Assembly (NCBI GenBank): GCA_000002435.2
Contig: CM018793.1
DNA: 64,000 nt
Source: Giardia intestinalis
Taxonomy: Eukaryota
Direction: 5' to 3' (one strand)
A model generated the notes under the pieces. That model was not told where the DNA came from. It saw only the letters and a list, made by a program, of their open reading frames with translations, and did not search any database. This document shows positions 20,277 to 27,687 of the stretch, piece by piece. The position numbers were made by a program, and so were the translations under genes. Positions within the stretch are counted from its first letter, which is position 1, and every line of letters begins with the position of its first letter.

Positions 20277-21624
20277 CTTTGCTCATCGCGGCCTTGAGAT
20301 CAAGGACGGCTGACCGTGTGGTAAGTCCTGCATACCGTTTGTACTCATCACTGTTTATGCCGAGAGCCTCTAACCCCGCTATGTGCTGTCTTTCTAAGAA
20401 GTGCTTATCAAATACCTTTTGCCCGTAGTAAAATAACTCTCCACATACTTCGCACAAAAATCGACGATGTAACCCGTGGGCATCGTACTGCCACTTGGGT
20501 ATTTCCTCACCAGTGTTAGGATCATATATCTGTTTCTTAACGGTTATTCTTCCTGCCACGTCACTTACATTGTTTTGCTTAACAACACCCGCCGGTAAAA
20601 GGGATAGAATGGGTACGTATGCATCTCTGCTAACCTGGAGACTAAGCGAAACTGTCAGCTTATAAGATAAGTCAATTAGCTTCTCAGTAAAGTTATTGAT
20701 CCTGTCTTCCTCGTAACACTCTATAAAGGGTTGCGACACGCTTTGTGTGGAGGTATCCCCTAGGGTATTGTAGTTGACCGTCAAAGACATTTCTCTCTTC
20801 AGGAAGTTCAGTAAAAGTAAAGTCTTATGTAAAATAGCAAATGCCTCATAGTGCTCATGATTGGTCTTCTGTGTGCTGTGTCGAACTGCTGCCCTGTGCC
20901 TTCGTCCCATCATGTGTGCCTGCATATCTGCTTCTGTGTGCACTTCGACGTGACACGTACTACAGTAAACCTGCTGCTCTATAAGTGTCTCAACGTACTG
21001 CGCATATTGTTGGTCTAACTTCTGATGCTCATCCAGAGTCAAAACAGTGCCTGTGACGGACTTCCTCATATAGAATAGCTGTGGATACTTTATTTTGTAG
21101 AAATGAAGAAGATGATTGTGCAATAAAGTGATTAGTCGCTTGTTCGTAGTACTCAGTATAATATCATGGATATCAGAAACGAAGTCGGTGTAGCGCAGTG
21201 GATCTTTGGAAGACGTGCTGGCGTTTTTTAACGCAGAGTATTGTTGATAAGCTTTGGATAAATCGATGACTCTATAAAACATTGTTTGAGACGCCCCAAG
21301 CAGGATAACCCGGAGCAGAGCCTTGATCTCTCGTTTCAGAAAAGAGGTAACACTGCTAGTTAGAGGTCCAGGTTCCCCGCTCTGGCTGCCATGGCTCTTC
21401 CAGAACAACCGGCAGTTCTCAGCAAGTGTGTTAGTTCCCTGCTGCGTTATTAATCTGTGCATTGTTTGATACTGCACGTAAGCTATGTGTGCTAGATAGG
21501 CTAGAAGATTTTCCTTTATAAGCTGTTCTTCATACGACTCCGAAGAATCCATCGACACTAGCCCAAAGGCCCGCATTGACGTGCAGTAGACTAGCATTGC
21601 AAAGTGGAACTCTTCTGCCGACAT
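20233..21624 (-). CDS. SF3A3: splicing factor 3a subunit 3 (SF3a60/Prp9)-like protein with matrin/U1-type C2H2 zinc fingers, 463 aa
   Basis: C-terminal block IPKWQYDAHGLHRRFLCEVCGELFYYGQKVFDKHFLERQHIAGLEALGI lines up with human SF3A3 [49 protein letters not shown]. Internal U1-type finger CSTCHVEVHTEADMQAHMMGRRHR. ATG 21624 with 180-bp AT-rich leader. Confidence 0.65.
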   Translation of the reverse strand: MSAEEFHFAMLVYCTSMRAFGLVSMDSSESYEEQLIKENLLAYLAHIAYVQYQTMHRLITQQGTNTLAENCRLFWKSHGSQSGEPGPLTSSVTSFLKREIKALLRVILLGASQTMFYRVIDLSKAYQQYSALKNASTSSKDPLRYTDFVSDIHDIILSTTNKRLITLLHNHLLHFYKIKYPQLFYMRKSVTGTVLTLDEHQKLDQQYAQYVETLIEQQVYCSTCHVEVHTEADMQAHMMGRRHRAAVRHSTQKTNHEHYEAFAILHKTLLLLNFLKREMSLTVNYNTLGDTSTQSVSQPFIECYEEDRINNFTEKLIDLSYKLTVSLSLQVSRDAYVPILSLLPAGVVKQNNVSDVAGRITVKKQIYDPNTGEEIPKWQYDAHGLHRRFLCEVCGELFYYGQKVFDKHFLERQHIAGLEALGINSDEYKRYAGLTTRSAVLDLKAAMSKATPCNTAHCSSALP

Positions 21625-21829
21625 CTACCTCCTGCTTGGTTTTTGTTTTCATTTATGATAATCGCATATTTACAAATGTCACATATGAATTTGAGTAGTG
21701 CAACTTATAACATATAAGGGGAAAGAGACTTACTGTGGTAATTTTCTCGTCTATGGTAAATTTCAAGAGTTTTGAGATTGTATTTAATAAAGAATAGACA
21801 ACAAGGATGTAGTCAAATGGTGGCCACAG

Positions 21830-22810
21830 GGAAACTTAGATGCTATGTTGCTGGGCCCACCTGCAGACGTGGTCCAGAGGCCTTATGAGTGATCCTCGCT
21901 CAATTCCTGGCCATGTCTGAAGATGAAGGCTGGTTGTAGATACCATACTAGGGGTTCTTCTCTAGTAGTGCATCCAAAGCCAGGTGCTTTCCCTAGTCAT
22001 TCTGTGCAGCGTCCGCGTCGCTCAGTCTAGGATTCAGCTTACTCATTGGCATATGTAGCTTGTAAGTTGTATCTCTCCTTGGTCTATCCCCCCGATGAGG
22101 GAGGGCCCCAGCAGTCGATGACCCTGGACCGACGCCTCGGTGGACCGACGCATCACCCCAAGTGTGCTGTGCAGATGGACCAGCCCACACATCACTGAGC
22201 CAGACGCACTGCACAGGGTGAGCGTCGACACGGTCTCGTGCTGGATGACGGACCACCTGCAAGAGCGCACTGCGATCCATGAGCAGAGGGCCGGGCCTCT
22301 TCTCCGACACAACGCATGGGAGTACTCCATCGGCATCTACGCACGCGTACCACAACCTCAAGATAGAGGGACACGGGGAGCGCACCCTCCGATCATACTC
22401 GGGACTGATGACTCGCTTCATGAGGAGACGAAGAGGCACCCCGAGGAACGGGGTAGACACCCGGGGTCATAGCGTATCCCATCTTCGTCATGGAGTACCA
22501 GGGTCCCGGGCCACGTGGAGGCCAGATCGCCGCAACAGACGCAAGGCCCTGAATAGCAGGTGCCCACCAGTGCCAGACGATAGTTGACCCCGATGGGCCA
22601 GAGGAAGGGAGGAACCCTAGAGGTAACGTGAGGAGCAGCGGCTTCCGGGGGACGGGGCACAGAGTCTTCTCCTGTCGGGATCGAGGGCACCTGACTCTCG
22701 GATTTCTGATCCCAGCCGTGTATGGGCGAAAGGCTTGCCTAAGGTAGCAGTGGCTTGCACGGGAGATCACTCAGGTAGTAGGTGACAACCCCACCCTGGT
22801 GAAACGAAGA
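21830..22810. other. GC-rich (about 60-65% by eye) 1-kb orphan block with no coherent ORF (candidate ncRNA or decayed VSP-type fragment)
   Basis: Lies between SF3A3 promoter and the stop of the next minus-strand gene. Many overlapping short ORFs on both strands, typical of GC-rich non-coding sequence. Ends with ACTCAGGTAGTAGGT (22769..22783), a 12/15 match to the VSP extended poly(A) signal. Confidence 0.3.
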
Positions 22811-22827
22811 GTAAATTAGGTGTACAT

Positions 22828-25800
22828 TTACTTTCTAAAGTCCCAGCAGTCCCCGTTGTTTGAAAGCTGGCCGCTCTTGGTGAAGATACTGGTGGTGCTA
22901 TCCACGGGGTCGTAGACACGGCTCACAGACATCTCCGTCGCCGTGCAATCTGATATCATGGGGAAGAGCTCGCTATCGGTCAATGACACCACACTCATGC
23001 TAACCTCGATCATCGTCTCCTTGTAGTCCTTCGAGCGCATGAACTCCATACTATAGAGGTACCTGAACGTGACGTTCTGGCATATTCCACCGAAGAAGAG
23101 CCCGGCCCAGATGAGGTACTGGCAGAAGAAGATGGCTCCGAACGTCTCCAAGAGCCCCGTCCCCAGCGTCAGGCTCCTAATGCTCTCGGGGACCACCTCT
23201 AATACGTAGGGAGTCACCAAGCCCTTGGGCCCTATCAGGATGTCCAGGAGCCTATTGAGCTGGACGTCGAGCGGCTCTATCACGTGCTTGTTGACGGTAC
23301 TTCCAAGCTCCATCAAAACCGTGTCGTACATATGCTGAGAAAACCGCGGGTACAATCCTCCGGACAGGTTCTTCGAGACCATGTTTGCTTCGATGATATC
23401 TAAGAGAATGGACAAAGGGGAGACTACAGCGTTGAGCAGCTCTGTGTATGCATCTATGAAGCTGACCTCATCGGTTGAAAAGCTACTCCAGTTATTGAAC
23501 ACATCCACAAACCGCTCGTAGACCCTTGTTGTGTCTAGCACCACATCTAGTGCCCCGCTGGAGCCATCGTTCGGATTGCTCGCAGCATTCCAGCCAATCG
23601 TCTGGAAGCCCTTTTCCTGAAGCGCATACACGAGGTCTCGCACGGCTGCGTATGTGTTGGAGACGCAAATGGAGGTCTGTTCTACGGTGTCACCTGGGCG
23701 GATCTTCGTGCACAGGTTTCCAACGAGGTCTGGGTATGGAGACCCGTGGACGATGGAGGACAGGCTAGTGGAGATGCTTGGACACGAAGTCTTGAGGTTG
23801 GTTAGTTCGGCTCTTATCTTCTGCATTGTGCTCTTAATACTGCCCTGTGAACACAGATTCTTATCGACGGGGTTATCGGCAAGGAAGGTCACCGAGGGGC
23901 ACTTTGTCATAGCGACCAAAGTATCCAGAAAGTGAATCATGGAAAGGCACTCTGCGACTATCCCCTTCTGGCCCCTAACGGCTTTGGCACTGGCTTCGAG
24001 GGACAGAGCGCTATAGTTCGCGCTGGAGGAAATGCCTCTGATATAGGCCTCAACCTGCGCTGTGACATTCATGGCAGCCAGAGCAGATGCATCAACATCT
24101 CCGTACAAAGCTGTGCGCTTTTCTGTACTGGAATATGTGTCGTTATATAGCTTGTGCCCTGCAGAGAAGTCCCCGAACAGGACGGCGTTCGAGAGCTCGC
24201 CACTGAGGAACGCGTTCCTAATCCCGCTAAGAAACGGATCAATGTCCGGAACAATGAAGGTCTCGAGGTACTGTGAGAGGCTGGAGCGGGGGTTGATAGC
24301 TTTGGGTAGCACCGCGGGCAGCAGCCCTTGGAGCCCGCCCAAAAGATCCGGCAAGCCGAGGATATCGAGGATCCCTCCACCCTTCTTGTTGTAATAGAGG
24401 AGGTCTTTGATGGACATGCGAGTTGTATCCACCCTCGTGGAAAGGCTCAGAGAGGCCATGCTGTCATCAGGTTCGGCAGGAATCCCAAACATGCTCGGCA
24501 GGTTTCCGACGGCAACGGTAGCTGTCACGTTGGCGAGGCTCTTACGGAGAGCATCGTATGTGGTGTAATCCAACACGGCGGACGACGGGGCTGTGTAGGC
24601 TAGGTCGGGGTGCCCCGTGTGCCGGAGCACAAAGGACCCCAGGTCCAGCTGGACCGGCGCAGGGTCTCCTATGACTCCGTTGTCTTTGAGGAGTTGGAGG
24701 ACGGTGTCGTAGTTGTTGCGCAGAAGCTTGTCTGGGTTGGTGAGGAGCCCCGAATAGTACTCCAGAGCGAACTTCTGCAGAACCACCGCGACGATCCCGA
24801 ACAGCATCAGGAAAAGCGACACCCAGCAAACAACGCACCCGTTGCAGCACAAAGAGCAGCCAGCGCACCTCGTCTTGAAGCGCGCAGCGCCCACGATCCC
24901 GCAAATGAACGTCCCGATTGGGACGAGGAGAAGAGCCAGGGCGAGCAAGAAAGGGGCCATCGATATCAGAACGTAATTGCGGCCAACAGGCGGAATCGTT
25001 GCCGGATCAAACCCAGAGAGCTTGCAATTCTTCAACGAGTCCAACGCACCGCCTTCTACAGGCAGGTCTGTTATGTAACCGGGGCAGGCCCCGTTGTTTA
25101 TGAAGGCGTCGAACAGAGCACGCGCAGTCATCTGCTCCTTGTGGTCGTGGAGTTGCAGCACGTAGTTGATGTACTTGGAGAAGCTGGAGACCTGTGTCAG
25201 GGCATCGGTTGCGAGCTTAGGCAGGTTCAGCTGGTCGCTGATAGATCTGGCGAGCTCCTCGTCTGTTGGTCCTCCCTCGGCCCGCGTGGCAGACGCACAC
25301 CACGATAGCTTGCACTTAAGTGCCGGCTTGCCACACGCCCTCCGGACTATGTCCCCCACGGTCGACGTCTTCGTGCTGAGTACTTCAAGCAAGTCAACGA
25401 GTAGTTGTGTGTCATCCTTGCCCTGCTGTTTGCCAGACGCCTTCGGCCTTAACGAGTCTATAACGAACTTTATCACTGTTTCGGGGTTGTTGTTGACCGG
25501 GACATTCAGATCTGCTCTGTCAATAGGTGAATCGGAGGCAGCAGCAACACTGGACTTTGTTGTGCAATAATTATTTCCTGAGTTATCCTTAAAGGCCTGC
25601 TTGCACACCTTTTCAATGATAGTTTGCCACTTGTCTTGAACTGGTGGTTGCTGCTTATCTAGCGACTTCGCTATCCCGTTGGTGATAGAATTGGCTGCAA
25701 AGACAGCCCCGCCAATAAGAGACTTCTTGTTGATGTTCTTGTAGCTGGCCTCGGAGATTGCCGTGTCATCGGGTGGAGACGGAGGTTGCGTTGATCGTAT

Positions 25801-26601
25801 AGAGAAGTTGCCATAAGTTTTCTTGGTTTCTAAATTGTTCTTTACTGATTCTTGTGTCTTTGTGTTCAACAATAAATCTAAGTTTTTCTGTATGTTATCT
25901 GAGAAATCTGTGATAGCACTCAACGAGGGTAGGGACGCAGGCGGCAGAAGGATGGTGCTGACCCCCTCTGCCAGCGAGGAATTCTGCGACAGGACATCAG
26001 AGACCACTCTCAGCGTGCAGCTCTTGGAAATCGCGCTTATGTACTCGCTGGCCTCGTCTGCTGTTTTATTCAAGATATTGGAGATTGGGGAAATGGAACT
26101 ATTATCTGAGCTCGAGATGAGCGCGTTTATAAGACTGTCTGAGGCGCTAATGGTGTCCGAAGCTAGATCGTAGACGCGATCGGTCGTTCGAGCCACGACC
26201 CGAAACATGTTGTCCACGCCAATGAAGGGCTGGGAGACGGCGACGAACATCCCGATGCATCCGCAGAGGCCGATGACGTTGGCAGCGAAGCCCGTGTAGA
26301 AGCAGCAGCAGCGGTACTTGCTGGATGTCTGCTCCATCTCCAGCTTCCGGTGGCAGCATCTGCGACAGCACTGGCTACACCGGCAGGGGGCTATGCAGAC
26401 GAGCGCAATGTTGAAGCAGAGCCCGAGGACAAAGGGAAGAACAAGCAGGACGCCCATGGCAACCAGGAGCGGAAGATACGGCTTGAGGGCAGCCATGACA
26501 TCCACTCCCCCACCCTGGTGCATGAACAGGTTGGCCGTATCTATGATTGTTTCCGGCGGCACCCTCGGGAAGAACGCCGTACTAAAGGCCGTGACCCCCA
26601 T
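22828..26601 (-). CDS. pentaspan membrane glycoprotein with prominin/Tweety-like topology, 1257 aa
   Basis: Track start 26604 is TTG; ATG at 26601. Hydrophobic helices by eye at about aa 40-65, 100-125, 540-570, 585-605 and 1095-1120. Cys-rich short loops after TM1 (CRCSQCCRRCCHRK...YRCCCFY) and after TM3 (RCAGCSLCCNGC). Two large (about 420 and 480 aa) loops with many NxS/T sequons. This is the prominin layout, but with larger loops. Confidence 0.4.
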   Translation of the reverse strand: MGVTAFSTAFFPRVPPETIIDTANLFMHQGGGVDVMAALKPYLPLLVAMGVLLVLPFVLGLCFNIALVCIAPCRCSQCCRRCCHRKLEMEQTSSKYRCCCFYTGFAANVIGLCGCIGMFVAVSQPFIGVDNMFRVVARTTDRVYDLASDTISASDSLINALISSSDNSSISPISNILNKTADEASEYISAISKSCTLRVVSDVLSQNSSLAEGVSTILLPPASLPSLSAITDFSDNIQKNLDLLLNTKTQESVKNNLETKKTYGNFSIRSTQPPSPPDDTAISEASYKNINKKSLIGGAVFAANSITNGIAKSLDKQQPPVQDKWQTIIEKVCKQAFKDNSGNNYCTTKSSVAAASDSPIDRADLNVPVNNNPETVIKFVIDSLRPKASGKQQGKDDTQLLVDLLEVLSTKTSTVGDIVRRACGKPALKCKLSWCASATRAEGGPTDEELARSISDQLNLPKLATDALTQVSSFSKYINYVLQLHDHKEQMTARALFDAFINNGACPGYITDLPVEGGALDSLKNCKLSGFDPATIPPVGRNYVLISMAPFLLALALLLVPIGTFICGIVGAARFKTRCAGCSLCCNGCVVCWVSLFLMLFGIVAVVLQKFALEYYSGLLTNPDKLLRNNYDTVLQLLKDNGVIGDPAPVQLDLGSFVLRHTGHPDLAYTAPSSAVLDYTTYDALRKSLANVTATVAVGNLPSMFGIPAEPDDSMASLSLSTRVDTTRMSIKDLLYYNKKGGGILDILGLPDLLGGLQGLLPAVLPKAINPRSSLSQYLETFIVPDIDPFLSGIRNAFLSGELSNAVLFGDFSAGHKLYNDTYSSTEKRTALYGDVDASALAAMNVTAQVEAYIRGISSSANYSALSLEASAKAVRGQKGIVAECLSMIHFLDTLVAMTKCPSVTFLADNPVDKNLCSQGSIKSTMQKIRAELTNLKTSCPSISTSLSSIVHGSPYPDLVGNLCTKIRPGDTVEQTSICVSNTYAAVRDLVYALQEKGFQTIGWNAASNPNDGSSGALDVVLDTTRVYERFVDVFNNWSSFSTDEVSFIDAYTELLNAVVSPLSILLDIIEANMVSKNLSGGLYPRFSQHMYDTVLMELGSTVNKHVIEPLDVQLNRLLDILIGPKGLVTPYVLEVVPESIRSLTLGTGLLETFGAIFFCQYLIWAGLFFGGICQNVTFRYLYSMEFMRSKDYKETMIEVSMSVVSLTDSELFPMISDCTATEMSVSRVYDPVDSTTSIFTKSGQLSNNGDCWDFRK

Positions 26602-26869
26602 CAATTATTATTTGTACTAATTGTCATGCATCATAAGTACATTTTTCAGAACAGCGCGCCATTCTCCTCCTGGCACACTGGGTACCCTCTGCCACCTTTT
26701 GCCTCCTCAACAGGGATTGCCTGTCTCAATAATTTGTAGACACTTGTCCGACAATTCGCCGTCTTTCCTCTTCTCTTACCGGGGCCAGGGGTCGACGAGG
26801 TTCCTAAAGTTGTATACCAAATCTCGAATTCGTAGATTTCAGATTTAGATTTAAAGCTGCCGAAAATAA

Positions 26870-26876
26870 ATTCACT
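26870..26876 (-). promoter_or_regulatory. AGTGAAT polyadenylation signal (AGTRAAY) overlapping TGA stop of the MATE-like ORF
   Basis: Minus-strand read GAC GAG TGA ATT TAT; plus-strand attcact at 26870..26876. Confidence 0.6.
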
Positions 26877-27489
26877 CGTCGGAGGCTGTCTCGCACTGCT
26901 TCTTGTAGTCCAGGGTCCACTTGATGTAGATGATCATGGACACCAGGCCAGAGACGGCGTCCCCGACCGCGGGCGAGATGAAGATGCCGTGCACGGGGTC
27001 GATCTGGCTCTTGGTCGCCTTGATGATGAGCGGCAGGACGAAGATGCACACGATGGTGACGGCTGCTCGCGTAAGCTGCAGTATCGTGCTGAGGACGGTC
27101 TTCCGCTTCATCTGCGACACAGAGACGGTGATGCTCACGAACAGCTGGAGAGGAAGCCCGGCCAGCCCGAGCCGCACGGCCAAGGCGGAAATGGCCCGCT
27201 CCGTCTCTCCGTCGCCCACAAAGAGATACATAAGAGGGTAGGCCAGGCCCTCGCAGAGCCCCCAGACGGCCAGGGTCATGACCACGCCGATCAGGCTAGT
27301 GTAAACGAGGACAAGGTAGAGCTTCTTGGCCCCCAGGTTATAACCGAGGATGAATGGCAACCGGTAAGATCTAGTCATCAATGCTAGTACAGGTCTGCTG
27401 CTATGCAATTGGTTGCTATACAGAGCATCTGTTTCGTAATATATCACAAAGCTAAAGCCTAACTCGCAATGCATGGTGTAGGTAATCAT
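26872..27489 (-). CDS. multi-pass membrane protein resembling the C-terminal half (TM7/8-12) of a MATE efflux transporter, 205 aa; possibly a truncated gene
   Basis: By-eye alignment with MATE C-terminal halves: RLPFILGYNLGAKKLYLVLVYT (cf. RVSNELGAG.PK.A); GDGETERAISALAVRLGLAGLPLQ (cf. SGDAVSKAVSDLCPLLAI...Q); tail IIYIKWTLDYKKQ (cf. IxxRTDWxKEAxKA). 4-5 TM helices. The 198 bp upstream on the same strand are full of stops, so there is no N-terminal half. AGTGAAT poly(A) signal overlaps its stop. Confidence 0.35.
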   Translation of the reverse strand: MITYTMHCELGFSFVIYYETDALYSNQLHSSRPVLALMTRSYRLPFILGYNLGAKKLYLVLVYTSLIGVVMTLAVWGLCEGLAYPLMYLFVGDGETERAISALAVRLGLAGLPLQLFVSITVSVSQMKRKTVLSTILQLTRAAVTIVCIFVLPLIIKATKSQIDPVHGIFISPAVGDAVSGLVSMIIYIKWTLDYKKQCETASDE

Positions 27490-27687
27490 AACATCAGATC
27501 GTGTACCTCTATACTATTCAGCTACAGTCTCTCCGCAGGACTCCGTTGTTAAGCACTCCTTATGCTGGTGCTAAGACATATTAATACAGTGTGGCCGACA
27601 GATTGTTAACTGCAGCACAGCTTGTAGCTATCAGAAATAGTCAGCAACGGGTCGCGTATCACTGATAGAAGGAGTGAATAGATCGAT

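Noticed and set aside
22735-22750. CCTAAGGTAGC resembling a conserved LSU rRNA / SRP RNA stretch
   Set aside because: Only about 11 nt match. Surrounding sequence does not continue the rRNA (…GCGAAATTCCTTG) or 7SL consensus. Too short to support an RNA-gene call without a covariance-model search.
21993-22770. Seven overlapping 60-155-aa ORFs on both strands in the GC-rich island
   Set aside because: No single frame dominates. Translations are Arg/Pro/Gly-rich low complexity. Treated as non-coding or decayed sequence rather than genes.
13742-22830. tRNA genes in the larger spacers
   Set aside because: Scanned the ORF-free blocks by eye for GGTTCGA[AT]TCC T-arm motifs. Only non-matching GTTGATCGATTCG-type strings found. 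No cloverleaf candidate.
27490-27687. Possible N-terminal half of the MATE-like gene upstream of 27489
   Set aside because: All three minus-strand frames contain multiple stops within the 198 bp. An in-frame TAG lies 7 codons upstream of the ATG at 27489.
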